The notes below the pieces were generated by a model. That model was not told the origin of the DNA and ran no database searches. It worked only from the letters and a program-made list of their open reading frames with translations. From Nitrososphaerales archaeon (GTDB lineage: Archaea; Thermoproteota; Nitrososphaeria; Nitrososphaerales; UBA213): DNA of 64,000 bases. The position numbers and the translations under genes are program-made. The stretch lies in assembly GCA_046759465.1 (NCBI GenBank), contig JBHICH010000003.1, positions 2,504 to 66,503 of the forward strand, written 5' to 3'. Below are positions 54,527-64,000 of the stretch, piece after piece (the stretch's first letter is position 1; the number at the start of each line of letters is the position of its first letter).

Positions 54527-54954
54527 TTAATAGTGATAGAGCAGCAACGTCTGTTCGTTGCTGACAACTTCATTCACCAATCCAGTTGTGGTCCCAAAGG
54601 AATGGTCCAATAACATCGGAAATACCAAAAGGGGGGTTCTAGTAAAATAATATTGTGGAGACCAGTTCCAATAATGTGGGGGGAATTATAGTTCGTATCT
54701 CGGTGATGATGTTGTTATCACTTATTTTGCCTACTAATGTTGAACAATTACCGAAACAGAGGTTCACATACAAATTTCCATTTGTATTTTCTTGGGCTTC
54801 CCCAGATTTGCTAACAGTAATTCCTCTTATAATAGCAGCAATTGTACTATCGATAATAATGGTATTACAAAATTAATCACTTTGTTGATGAAAGTAATAT
54901 CAAGATTTAAATGAGGCTTTATCGATATGCGTGTATTCGTAGCTGAGAACTGGA

Positions 54955-55410
54955 ATGACTGAAATCAAATTGACATCAGAAGAGCTGCAATTAATATCAC
55001 TCTTCCAGAGTGTGACAGGTGCAACTGCTAGAGATTGCATAATTGATGAAAAAATGGATAGGGTGATATTCGTGGTTAATAAGGGCGATATGGGTCTTGC
55101 AATTGGGAAGAACGGCGCGACTATAAAGACTTTGCAAGGTGTTGTAGATAAAAAGATCGAACTTGTTGAATATTCCGATGATGCTACTGAATTTATCAGA
55201 AATATGTTAAGTTCAAATTTGGTTCTTGATATTAATATAAATGATAAGGATGACGGCACCAAGGTTGCTGTTGCTGTAGTCGATCCAAAGAAGAAAGGTG
55301 TTGTTGTTGGGAGAGAAGGAAGGAACGCAGAGAGGGCAAGGCTTCTTGCCAAGCGGTACTTCCAAATATCCAACGTGCTAATCGTTAGCCCAGAACAGGT
55401 ACCAAGGTGA
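54955..55410 (+). CDS. nusA: Archaeal NusA-like protein (two KH domains)
   Basis: KH motifs [11 protein letters not shown] and [19 protein letters not shown]. Confidence 0.88.
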   Translation: MTEIKLTSEELQLISLFQSVTGATARDCIIDEKMDRVIFVVNKGDMGLAIGKNGATIKTLQGVVDKKIELVEYSDDATEFIRNMLSSNLVLDININDKDDGTKVAVAVVDPKKKGVVVGREGRNAERARLLAKRYFQISNVLIVSPEQVPR

Positions 55411-55414
55411 CAAT

Positions 55415-55855
55415 TTGGCAAAGAAGTCTCCTCTGGGACTGTTTGCTGGGCGCGTGCTTAAGCAAAAGAGAGGTAGGCTTCAATGGTCAAACAAGTATTA
55501 CAACAGAAAGATGCTCATGCTTGACAAGAAAGCAAATCCATTGGAGGGCTCTCCCCAGGCAAAAGGTATAGTTCTGGAAAAGGTAGGTGTTGAATCAAAG
55601 CAGCCGAATTCCGCAGTTAGAAAGTGTGTTAGGGTGCAGCTTATTAAGAATGGAAAGACTGTTACAGCATTCTTGCCTAGAGATGGTGCATTGAACTATG
55701 TTGATGAACATGATGAAGTAATGGTTGAGGGTATTGGTGGTTCAATGGGAGGCGCGATGGGCGACATACCGGGGGTTCGATGGCAGATTTTTAAAGTGAA
55801 TGGTGTGTCTTTGAAGGAACTTGTTTTGGGTAAGAAAGAAAAGCCAAGGCGATGA
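55415..55855 (+). CDS. rps12: Ribosomal protein S12 (uS12)
   Basis: [20 protein letters not shown] signature. TTG start. Confidence 0.95.
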   Translation: MAKKSPLGLFAGRVLKQKRGRLQWSNKYYNRKMLMLDKKANPLEGSPQAKGIVLEKVGVESKQPNSAVRKCVRVQLIKNGKTVTAFLPRDGALNYVDEHDEVMVEGIGGSMGGAMGDIPGVRWQIFKVNGVSLKELVLGKKEKPRR

Positions 55856-56460
55856 TCATGAGTAAGTCTGCACCAAACCTTTTGCTGTTCAGAAAGTGGG
55901 ATCTTACGGAACCGAAGATCCATGATCCTGGTATGCAGAAAGTCCTTTCGCTAAACATGTGCATAATACCAACATCTTTTGGAAGGCATGAACACAAACG
56001 CTTCAGGAAGGCGAATGTAAATGTAGTTGAGCGATTGGCAAGCAAGCTCATGCACTTTGGCAAAAAGTATGCCAAGAATACTGGAAGGATGGGTGGCAAG
56101 AAGGCACGGTCAATTAATATTGTAAAGACAGCACTCGAGATAATACACCTCAAAGCAGGAGAAAATCCAGTTTCAGTTCTGATCAAGGCGCTTGAAAACG
56201 CAGCACCGAATGAAGACACTACCAGAATAGTTTATGGTGGTGTTGTTTACCACGTTTCTGTCGATGTGTCTCCACTAAGGAGGATCGATTTGGCACTGAG
56301 ATTTATAACGGAGGGTGCAAAGGAATCGGCATTCTCCAATCCCAAGACTGTTGAGGAGGCCCTTGCTGATGAAATAATACTTGCTGCACAAAAGGACATG
56401 AACAGCTTTGCGATCAAAAAGAAGAACGAGCAAGAACGCATTGCACTGGCGTCACGTTAG
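55852..56460 (+). CDS. rps7: Ribosomal protein S7 (uS7)
   Basis: Follows S12 with a 4-nt overlap and carries archaeal uS7 patterns (LFRKWDL..., [18 protein letters not shown]). Confidence 0.93.
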   Translation: MIMSKSAPNLLLFRKWDLTEPKIHDPGMQKVLSLNMCIIPTSFGRHEHKRFRKANVNVVERLASKLMHFGKKYAKNTGRMGGKKARSINIVKTALEIIHLKAGENPVSVLIKALENAAPNEDTTRIVYGGVVYHVSVDVSPLRRIDLALRFITEGAKESAFSNPKTVEEALADEIILAAQKDMNSFAIKKKNEQERIALASR

Positions 56461-56602
56461 CAGGATTTAGATTACCATTTCGGATTCGGACGGCCAGCAT
56501 TTGCACAGTTAACGATTGCGACAACGTGAGAGCAAGTGAGCACAAGCGTTTCTGCGATATTCCTGATAGATTAATACAAACCTTCAGCTTTTGTTTTGTA
56601 AG

Positions 56603-57820
56603 ATGGAAATATCTAAAGATAATCTTAGAAAGCATATTAGTTATTTGGCATCGGGAGAACTAAAAGGTAGAGAATTTGCAAGCGAAGAAGATATGCTGGC
56701 AGCGCAATACATACAAAAACACTTTAAAGAATATGGGCTTGTTGCTCCCAAACAATGCGCTGATTATCTGCAGAAGCTTCCTTTCGGAGGACAGAATGTA
56801 ATTGGCGTTTTAAACGGCAATAATCCAGAACTTTCGACGGAGTGCTTAGTTATAGATGCTCATCACGACCATATGGGACCTGGTTTTGTTGGCGCAAGTG
56901 ATAATGCAGCAGGAGTAGCAATTTTATTGGAACTTGCCAGACTTTTTGCCACAAGTAAAGAGAAAATTCAACGAAGTTTGTTATTCACCTGTTTTGATGG
57001 GGAAGAACAAATTCTCAATATTGATGGCAAAAAACAACTCATGCAGGGAGCAACGTACTACGTTCAGAACCCTGTATTTGACCTGAAGAATATAGCCGCT
57101 ATGTTAACCTTGGACACTCTAGGAAGAAACGCCCTTTCAAATAATTTGATGTTCATTCTTGGAACAGAACGTTCAGTGTTTCTTCAGAGTATAATTGATG
57201 ACTGTCCAACAAATCTTCGAAAGATAATTTTTAGCATTAATATGCTAACTGGAATAAAGGGCAATTATTTACCATTCGTGGATAAGAAGATTCCGAGTCT
57301 CTTTATCACCAATGGAATCCATCAAGATTATCATGGTAAAGGGGATTCTCCTGAAAAATTGTCAGATGAATTGTTGTTTAATGATACTGCATTCTTAATT
57401 GAATTGATTTCTAGAATTGATAATTCTGAAAACAAGCCCGATTTCTGCAGGAATCCAATCTGCCCTCAAGGCGAAGCCGAAGATATTCTTCATTTGCTTA
57501 CTTTATTGAAGGAGGCTGTCAGCAAGAATAGTCCAGAGCGTGCTGATAAGTTTGATTATATAATTAGCAAACTTGCAGGCAAAGCATCACAGAAGGATAT
57601 GAAACAGGCAGTACAGATTGTGTTAGGATTTTCAACTCCTAATTTTGCAAAGTTGTATTTGCTACTTAACGATGCACAAAACGCAGAAAAGAAAAAGGAT
57701 TACAAAAACTCTTTAACCCACTATAATAGAATCCTTGAACTTTACAATGAATACAGAATTCCGTACATCTGGTTACAAGACATCAATGATAAGGTTCAAA
57801 ATTTACAAGAAAGGATTTGA
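56603..57820 (+). CDS. M28-family metallopeptidase with a C-terminal helical/TPR-like region
   Basis: Zn-ligand contexts DAHHDHMG, SDNAAGVAILLELAR and CFDGEE. Confidence 0.8.
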   Translation: MEISKDNLRKHISYLASGELKGREFASEEDMLAAQYIQKHFKEYGLVAPKQCADYLQKLPFGGQNVIGVLNGNNPELSTECLVIDAHHDHMGPGFVGASDNAAGVAILLELARLFATSKEKIQRSLLFTCFDGEEQILNIDGKKQLMQGATYYVQNPVFDLKNIAAMLTLDTLGRNALSNNLMFILGTERSVFLQSIIDDCPTNLRKIIFSINMLTGIKGNYLPFVDKKIPSLFITNGIHQDYHGKGDSPEKLSDELLFNDTAFLIELISRIDNSENKPDFCRNPICPQGEAEDILHLLTLLKEAVSKNSPERADKFDYIISKLAGKASQKDMKQAVQIVLGFSTPNFAKLYLLLNDAQNAEKKKDYKNSLTHYNRILELYNEYRIPYIWLQDINDKVQNLQERI

Positions 57821-57827
57821 GAAATAG

Positions 57828-57960
57828 TGGTAGCCCGGGGCAGATTCGAACTGCCGTCTCCAGGTATCTTCTCCTGGGATCCAGAGCCTGGAATCCCTAG
57901 CCCTTAGAAGATTGACCACTAGATTCGGCGGTGGGTTGCCTCGACCGGGCTTCCCGGGCT
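57828..57960 (-). tRNA. tRNA-Gln(CUG), heavily interrupted (about three intervening sequences), CCA encoded
   Basis: - Acceptor AGCCCGG/CCGGGCT with discriminator A and an encoded CCA, the archaeal tRNA-Gln type.
- T arm GGCAG-TTCGAAT-CTGCC.
- Anticodon arm CCAGG-CTCTGG[15-nt intron]A-CCTGG, with the anticodon at 57882-57884.
- The 5' half carries about 33-42 extra nt.
- The true 5' end may be the second AGCCCGG copy, at 57951. Confidence 0.7.
57866..57880 (-). other. tRNA-Gln anticodon-loop intron (15 nt, position 37/38)
   Basis: Removing it restores the 7-nt loop CTCTGGA between CCAGG and CCTGG. The boundary is ambiguous by 1 nt. Confidence 0.55.
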
Positions 57961-58037
57961 GATAGACTGAAATATTGCTGAGTATTTGTTCTTTTACTTG
58001 TCAGAAAAGATGTTCACTAATCAAAATCTGTTGATAT

Positions 58038-58364
58038 CTATTTTGTGATTGTTTCCCTAACTGCCTGACCATATTCTAGCTTGATCTTTTTCCTCATGTA
58101 TGGTATGATCCTGTAATGTACTGAGTAAACTTCTTTATTTTTGTCTTTGATAAGCAAGCCTTTAACGATAAGGGAAACGAAACCACCTGCCACTTTTGAC
58201 TGGTTGATTTCAGAACTGTTGCAAAAATTATCACGGACTACATGATATTCTTCAATAGAAAAGTATGGCCTGTTGTTCTCCAATATCAACGGCCAGATTA
58301 TGTTTTCCCATACCAGCCTCCTATTTTCAGTTGAAGCGGCATACTTGCCCTTAGTTCTTAGCAT
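58038..58364 (-). CDS. Hypothetical protein (108 aa)
   Basis: A clean ORF between the tRNA and a divergent gene. No motif recognised. Confidence 0.4.
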   Translation of the reverse strand: MLRTKGKYAASTENRRLVWENIIWPLILENNRPYFSIEEYHVVRDNFCNSSEINQSKVAGGFVSLIVKGLLIKDKNKEVYSVHYRIIPYMRKKIKLEYGQAVRETITK

Positions 58365-58403
58365 AGGTAAGATTTAAACAGGTAATAATATAATATAAAA
58401 TTA

Positions 58404-59135
58404 ATGGATGAAAATTATCTAAAATCGGCACTTGACGAGTTGTCCAAAAAGTGGAAGATAGATCCAACAATTTACGAACTTACACTAGGTAAGAGAATAG
58501 ATGTTAAAGATACTGCAGTTGATGTTAATGGCGTAATATTTCACATACCCACACTTACAAACGATAACTCATACGTGCTCTGGAATTGTTTGTGGCCTGA
58601 CTGTCATAATTGTTGCGAAAAGCAGGGCAGGTTGCCATTAACAACAAACGATATTAAATCTATTTCAGAAAAACTTGGCTATGAAAAGTCTGACTTTATC
58701 AATAAAGAGACTAGAATTGCAACTTGGACTGAATCAGAGCCTTTCGTTCCGGTCAGTACCACCTTCTCCATGATTTCGTTGAAGAGAAAGGAAGATGAGA
58801 AGGATGAACAAGACGGAAAGCCACTACAGTGCAGGTTTTTGGATGGTGAAGGTTACTGCAAGTTACATCCGCAAAGACCAGGATGTTGCCAGCTCTATCC
58901 TTTCACATCTTGGACTACAATTAACAACGGAAAACCACAGTTAAATGCAACCTTACAGTTTGATGGCCGCTGTCCAGGATTTTACAAATCAAAATCATTG
59001 GATGATATGGTAGAAGTGCTAGAAGAATATTCGAAAAGAATCTTTGAATACAATATGGATGTAAACAGAACTACAAGAGAAGGTTACGGCTTCATAAGTA
59101 TAGTTGATCTTCGCTCTAGACGTCAGTTATCTTGA
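58404..59135 (+). CDS. YkgJ-family (CxxCxxCC) zinc/iron-chelating domain protein
   Basis: CPDCHNCCEKQG motif plus downstream Cys residues (CRF...CKLHPQRPGCCQLYPF). Confidence 0.7.
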   Translation: MDENYLKSALDELSKKWKIDPTIYELTLGKRIDVKDTAVDVNGVIFHIPTLTNDNSYVLWNCLWPDCHNCCEKQGRLPLTTNDIKSISEKLGYEKSDFINKETRIATWTESEPFVPVSTTFSMISLKRKEDEKDEQDGKPLQCRFLDGEGYCKLHPQRPGCCQLYPFTSWTTINNGKPQLNATLQFDGRCPGFYKSKSLDDMVEVLEEYSKRIFEYNMDVNRTTREGYGFISIVDLRSRRQLS

Positions 59136-59201
59136 ACATATCAGACATCTTAACTTCCATACCAAATCTCCTGTGTTGAAGTTGGATTAATTTGCTTTTT
59201 A

Positions 59202-62096
59202 CTATTCCATGTACAGTGCTGGTTTGTAAGGTCTTGCTACTTTGGCTTTGTTCTTTGGATCCAACTTACCTAAATCATCCTCACGATAAATTGCAATATT
59301 GGCAGCGAGTTCCTTGCCTAGATAGCTTCTTGCATCTTCAAAAATTAGCGCTTCATCAATGAAGTCTAGTTCTGCCTTTCTCTGTCTTGAATTCAAAGGA
59401 TCAGATAAAATGTCGCCTATCATATGCCTGACTATTTCTGGAGTTTCTTTCACTTTACTTGTACTTCTATCGCTAACGAGTATTTTCATGATTTCACCAA
59501 AGTTGATTTTGCCTTGCATAACCATGCTCAGCACCTTCATGTATACATTCCACTTCCAGCTTGTTGCTGTGTAGATGAAAACCTTCTTCGGCTTAATCTT
59601 TGTAACCTTCATTACGTTGTGTGCGTCAGCAAGCAAATTGACTATTAATGTTTCAGATTCATCTGCAACATAATTTACCTTGGTTTCATCAAACTTAGGC
59701 CAACTTGCAAGCATAATAGATCTGTCATTGCCCAGTGCTTCCCATATTTCTTCGCTTATGAAAGGAGCAAAAGGTGCCAGCATTCTGACCCTAATATCTA
59801 ACACCTGTCTTACTACACCTGATATGGAATCTTTGCTTCTCTCCTTTGCAGTTACACGTTTTAGATACCACTGCGTATCCTGATCCATTGAATAGATTAT
59901 GTTGTGCAGTGCTTCTCTTATCCTTAATTTGTCCATCGCATTAGTAGTATTCTCCACTACATGCTGCAACTTGCTTAGAATCCATTGGTCTTCCAATTCT
60001 AACTTCACAGAATTCATCTTCGTAAATTCTCTGCACAAGTCATAAATTCGTTCTAGCCTCCCCCTTATTCCTTTAACAGCATCTAGCGTAAAATCAGCAT
60101 CTTGCAACAGTTCTGCAGCAACAAGCATCGATACTCTGATAGCATCTGCACTGTGATCTCTAACCGCAATTCTTAACGGAACTATGTTGCCAAACGATTT
60201 TGACATCTTCCTTCCCTCCATCAACACGCTACCGTTAACAACTATCTGCCTTGGCCACATTGATTCTGGAAATATTTCTACATGATTAAATATGAAGAAT
60301 GTAAGATGATTGGGAACCAAGTCCCTGCCAGAATGTCTGCTGTCAACAGGGTAGAAATACCTAAATTCGTTTCTAATCGTGTTTGCCAATTCGATCGAAA
60401 TGTTGCAAGATTTAGCAACTTCATTAACATTTCCGTTACCAAGCAGTACATAATCGAAGAATGCATCATTTACTTGTGTATCTCTAAGCGATGCATTGTT
60501 AACATACTTTGCAATTATGTAGTATGCCATATAGATCACTGAGTCAGACAAGCTTTCGATTATCCATTCATCATCCCATGGGAGTTTTGTCCCTAGACCA
60601 GACTTCCTTGCACACGCACGTTCCTTTAACCAGTCCACAGTGTAATCAAATTCCCGTTTTATCTCTTCAGGCATTATCCGCATTGAGTTTACGCAGTCAT
60701 GTGCTAAAGACTTCCAGTTGGCATCTAGATAATTTATGAACCACTGATCACTTAACAACTTGACAACACATTCTGCACCACACCTGCATCTAACAGGCTT
60801 GATTAGGTCTAGCATTACATCTCCAAGTTTCTTGTCCAACATATCTTGCTTAACTTCCTCTCTGGCTCTTGCGACATTCATACCAGCATACTGCATTGTG
60901 TTGTTCAGCATTTTTCCTTTGTAAAATTCATGCAAGTAAATATCTGATGTAGCCTCTTCTAATTTAGGATCGTCCTGAGTCTTTATCTTATACTTATTGA
61001 TTACAGCAAGTGCAGGCACACCACTGTAACCTTCTGATTCAATTATCACAATTGGTTTTATGGCTTCCAGTTGATTGTTATCAATACTAAAACTTGAAAA
61101 CAATGATTTCTTCTGCTTCAAGTCTTCCAGTGCTTGGTAATCATAAGGTGCATGTGCTGGCACAGACATAACAATACCAGTCCCATCACCAGGCTCCACA
61201 AAACTTGCGGGAAATATTGTTACCGTTCTGTTTGCTAGAGGTACTCCAAACTTTTTACCTGCAAGCTCCTTACCACTTAACTTGTTTTGTACGTTGATAT
61301 TCCGGTTCAGCAACTTCAACTTATCTGCACACTTGCTGCTAATTATCCAGTTTTCACCATCTACCAATGCTTTTACATATTTAGCTTCAGGGTTTATCCA
61401 GAGGTTGGTTACGCCGAATACTGTTTCGGGTCTCAACGTAGCAGTAGGAACCTTGTATCCGTCGAGTTCAAACTTGATTATGGTGTATTCGGTGAACTCT
61501 GGTTCAACATCGCCGATTGTATCATGCTGACCAACTGCGTTGCCATCACTGGGACACCATCCAACTGGATGCGAGCCCTGTGCAACAAGACGTTTTTCTT
61601 TCAACTTCCTGAACTGCCATGATATAAACTTCGTGTAAACATTATCGATCGTTGTGAACTCCCTTCTCCAGTCAATTGAATAGCCCATCTCCTGCATTCC
61701 TTGCTTGATCTCATTATGGAAGTACGTTGCAATATTTATTGGCTCTTTAAAACTTGCTATCTTCTCTTTGGGCACCTTGTATATACTAGTGAATGTATCA
61801 ACCAGTTCTTCATCATTTGCAGCTAGCCTTCTTGACATTGCAAGTATTGGAGTTCCCGTGTAGTGAAAGCCCATAGGAAAGAGAACATTGTAACCCTGCA
61901 TTCGCATGTATCTAGCATGTACATCTGCTAGTGTGTAAGTTCTGCCATGCCCAATATGTTGTGGAGAATTAGGATACGGATAAGCAACCGTAACAAAATA
62001 TTTTCTCTTATTCGGATCTGGCTCAGCATCAAATATCTTTTGCTCTTCCCACTTTTTTCTCCACTTTTCCTGTATCGCATGCCAGTCTATAGGCAT
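59202..62096 (-). CDS. leuS: Leucyl-tRNA synthetase
   Basis: The HIGH motif (PQHIGHGRTY), the KMSKS motif and the archaeal-type length of about 964 aa. Confidence 0.95.
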   Translation of the reverse strand: MPIDWHAIQEKWRKKWEEQKIFDAEPDPNKRKYFVTVAYPYPNSPQHIGHGRTYTLADVHARYMRMQGYNVLFPMGFHYTGTPILAMSRRLAANDEELVDTFTSIYKVPKEKIASFKEPINIATYFHNEIKQGMQEMGYSIDWRREFTTIDNVYTKFISWQFRKLKEKRLVAQGSHPVGWCPSDGNAVGQHDTIGDVEPEFTEYTIIKFELDGYKVPTATLRPETVFGVTNLWINPEAKYVKALVDGENWIISSKCADKLKLLNRNINVQNKLSGKELAGKKFGVPLANRTVTIFPASFVEPGDGTGIVMSVPAHAPYDYQALEDLKQKKSLFSSFSIDNNQLEAIKPIVIIESEGYSGVPALAVINKYKIKTQDDPKLEEATSDIYLHEFYKGKMLNNTMQYAGMNVARAREEVKQDMLDKKLGDVMLDLIKPVRCRCGAECVVKLLSDQWFINYLDANWKSLAHDCVNSMRIMPEEIKREFDYTVDWLKERACARKSGLGTKLPWDDEWIIESLSDSVIYMAYYIIAKYVNNASLRDTQVNDAFFDYVLLGNGNVNEVAKSCNISIELANTIRNEFRYFYPVDSRHSGRDLVPNHLTFFIFNHVEIFPESMWPRQIVVNGSVLMEGRKMSKSFGNIVPLRIAVRDHSADAIRVSMLVAAELLQDADFTLDAVKGIRGRLERIYDLCREFTKMNSVKLELEDQWILSKLQHVVENTTNAMDKLRIREALHNIIYSMDQDTQWYLKRVTAKERSKDSISGVVRQVLDIRVRMLAPFAPFISEEIWEALGNDRSIMLASWPKFDETKVNYVADESETLIVNLLADAHNVMKVTKIKPKKVFIYTATSWKWNVYMKVLSMVMQGKINFGEIMKILVSDRSTSKVKETPEIVRHMIGDILSDPLNSRQRKAELDFIDEALIFEDARSYLGKELAANIAIYREDDLGKLDPKNKAKVARPYKPALYME

Positions 62097-62101
62097 CCAT
62101 A

Positions 62102-64000
62102 TCACTTACGTGAGAGTTCTTCTATCACAAGGAGGGCCTCTTTAACTCTATCCACAAACTTTCCTCCTCCCTGTCCGAACCTATCATCTCCTCCACCTGA
62201 ACCGCCTAACACACCAGCAACCTGTTTTGCAATTGCACCAGCTTTGATTCCACTCTTCCTTGCTTGCTCTCCAACAAAAACTATCACACGAATTCCCTGC
62301 TCTCTAGGTAGAAGCGCACAATAGATCAATGATGCGTCTGCGTTGGTTGCATTCTCACCAACAGAGATATGGTACTCTTCATCAAGCTCTTCATCATAAA
62401 CGCTGTATAGTTTGATACTTCCAAGAGCCTTTGCATTTTTTAAAACATCTTTTGCAATCGTAGGTGCTAATTTCTTAATCGCATTACGCAACTTCTTCCT
62501 TGATATATCGGCATCTTCCATCATCTTCTGGAACGATTCGATTAACTTTTCTTTACTTGCGCCAAGAGATTGTGCAATTATATTTACCAGCTCTTCCTGC
62601 TTTTGCAAATACTTTAGCGCTGCTTGACCTGCCACAAATTGAAGTCTAACAACACCATCCTGTATCCGTTCAGCCTTGGTTATCTTCAATATACCAACTT
62701 CTCCAGTTCTGGCTACATGGGTTCCTGCGCAAGCCTCAATATCCCAACCCTCAACATTTACGATCCTTATTGACTTGCTTGGAACATATCCACCTTGATA
62801 GATCCTGAAGCCATAAAGCTTTTCTGCCTGATTTCTATCGACGGTCTTGATTGTAACTGGCAGATTTGCTTGAATTTTTTTATTCGCTAGTTGCTCTATC
62901 ATGATTATATCATCCCTAGTTAGGTGTGAATGGTGCGTTATATCTAATCTAGCATAATCTTCTTCCTTAAATGCAGAGTGTTGCCAGACCCACGAACCTA
63001 GAGCATTGCGAGCAGCAGAGTTCAGAATATGCGTTGCAGTGTGATGGCTCATTATCAATCCTCTTCTTTCTGCATCAACCATGCACTTTAGCATCGAACC
63101 TTCCTTCAAGCTACCATTTACAACTTCGTGCAGAATAATGTCGCCCTGTTTGACAACATCTTTCACAACAGCATTACCTATCTTCCCATGGTCAGGTTCC
63201 TGTCCTCCTCCTCTGGCATAGAAGGCTGTTTTGTCAAGGACGACGTACTTGCCAAGTATCTTCAGTATCTTTGCTTCAAAATCGAACAGATTTTGATCTT
63301 CGTAGAATAGCAATCCGGTAGGTTCGATATTATCAAGGCCTGCAATCGATTCTGGTGCCTGCTGCAATGCTTGTTCGCTATGCAGAGCTGCAAGTTTGGT
63401 GTAAAATTTTGCAGGTATGCTTGCGATAACACTCTGCTCTTTGAGAAAGTCTGGTGTGATTCCATCAGATTCGTAAAGTTTGATCAAATCATCATCACTC
63501 AACTGCTTCTTTCCCTTTGCAATACTGTTTGCAATTCCCTTCATCCTTTCTATCGAATCTTGGTACCTATTGGTCTCTATGCCAAGTATAGTTTTTACTT
63601 CTTCCCTATGCTCTACCAATTCTGGATAGACACTCTTTAGATAATCTATATGCATGTCGGCAATATCTCCAAGTTTGATATTCCATCCCAACCTGTGCAA
63701 TGTTGCCAAAGCTCTTCTAACCACAACGCGCAAGTTGTATCCACCGCTAACATTGCTTGGTAACGCACCATCAGATATAGCAAACAGTAGTGTGCGTGTG
63801 TGATCTGCTATCGTGTAAATAGCCCCCAAAGGTAATATTAATTTCTCAAGTCGTTCATCACTTAACTTCAATTCCTTCGCAGCTCTAGACTTCAGTTCTT
63901 TTGTGCTAACAGCTTCCAACCTGCTGGATACTGTGGTGAAATACTTTGAAAGAAGTTCATTATCAAAGTCTACACCAACCTTCTCACCAATTTTTTTAAC
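62102..64000 (-). CDS. alaS: Alanyl-tRNA synthetase, N-terminal part beyond the window edge
   Basis: Editing-domain motif HHTATHILN and the C-terminal GGSGGGDDRFGQGGG. The frame stays open from 63919 up to base 64000, so the 5' end lies outside the window. Confidence 0.93.
   Translation of the reverse strand, partial: VKKIGEKVGVDFDNELLSKYFTTVSSRLEAVSTKELKSRAAKELKLSDERLEKLILPLGAIYTIADHTRTLLFAISDGALPSNVSGGYNLRVVVRRALATLHRLGWNIKLGDIADMHIDYLKSVYPELVEHREEVKTILGIETNRYQDSIERMKGIANSIAKGKKQLSDDDLIKLYESDGITPDFLKEQSVIASIPAKFYTKLAALHSEQALQQAPESIAGLDNIEPTGLLFYEDQNLFDFEAKILKILGKYVVLDKTAFYARGGGQEPDHGKIGNAVVKDVVKQGDIILHEVVNGSLKEGSMLKCMVDAERRGLIMSHHTATHILNSAARNALGSWVWQHSAFKEEDYARLDITHHSHLTRDDIIMIEQLANKKIQANLPVTIKTVDRNQAEKLYGFRIYQGGYVPSKSIRIVNVEGWDIEACAGTHVARTGEVGILKITKAERIQDGVVRLQFVAGQAALKYLQKQEELVNIIAQSLGASKEKLIESFQKMMEDADISRKKLRNAIKKLAPTIAKDVLKNAKALGSIKLYSVYDEELDEEYHISVGENATNADASLIYCALLPREQGIRVIVFVGEQARKSGIKAGAIAKQVAGVLGGSGGGDDRFGQGGGKFVDRVKEALLVIEELSRK

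Noticed and set aside
54900-56219. Minus-strand ORFs of 173 aa (54900..55421) and 142 aa (55791..56219).
   Set aside because: They are antisense to nusA, S12 and S7, which carry unmistakable signatures. The products are low-complexity Ser/Leu/Thr-rich sequences.
57828-57960. A class II (Ser/Leu) tRNA interpretation, suggested by the CCAGG-AGAAGATA-CCTGG arm that looks like a long variable arm.
   Set aside because: The A1-U72 acceptor AGCCCGG, discriminator A and loop CUCUGGA match tRNA-Gln. The hairpin is better explained as the second CCAGG copy inside the anticodon intron pairing with the true 3' stem strand.
1-64000. A search for CRISPR arrays, transposases, integrases, rRNA genes and toxin-antitoxin or other defence systems.
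   Set aside because: I found no direct-repeat/spacer periodicity, no DDE/tyrosine/serine recombinase motifs, no rRNA-like segments, and no recognisable defence-gene signatures in any of the ORFs.

Overview
This window is about 40% G+C and densely packed. It holds roughly 60 protein genes and 3 tRNA genes. I found no rRNA, CRISPR array, transposase or integrase.

Lineage call: an archaeon of the Nitrososphaeria (Thaumarchaeota) type. The evidence is:
- an archaeal rpoH-rpoB-rpoA ... L30e-nusA-S12-S7 cluster with an unsplit rpoB and a single fused rpoA (A'+A'' in one 1265-aa ORF);
- a pccB-accC-accB acetyl/propionyl-CoA carboxylase operon of the HP/HB-cycle type;
- a PEF-CTERM surface protein;
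- tRNA genes with multiple, partly non-canonical introns.

Housekeeping content: ilvA, padR, sdhA-C-D-B, a DUF59 Fe-S assembly protein, argH, an IMPase/FBPase, proline dehydrogenase plus P5C dehydrogenase, RFC large subunit, a Bcp peroxiredoxin, a macro-domain protein, mdh, etfB-etfA-fixCX, a VIT1 transporter, an M28 peptidase, leuS, and alaS (runs off the right edge).

Most interesting observations:
1. An intact ycaO-tfuA thioamidation pair in a non-methanogen context. A divergent 59-codon ORF (below the ORF-track cutoff) looks like a Nif11/NHLP RiPP leader.
2. Nickel-pincer cofactor genes (larC-larE-nifS and larB) bracket mdh-etfBA-fixCX. No LarA client is visible, and the LarE is of the three-Cys type.
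3. All three tRNA genes are interrupted: Lys(UUU) by two introns, one carrying a decoy Phe loop; Asp(GUC) by an intron in the acceptor 3' strand; and Gln(CUG), 133 nt long, by about three intervening sequences.
4. A 2.65-kb opposite-strand block of unknown small Cys-rich proteins and a repeat-domain surface protein splits the otherwise conserved RNAP/ribosomal-protein cluster.
5. A candidate isoprenoid-quinone tailoring cluster.

All functional calls come from motif recognition by eye. No database search was run.
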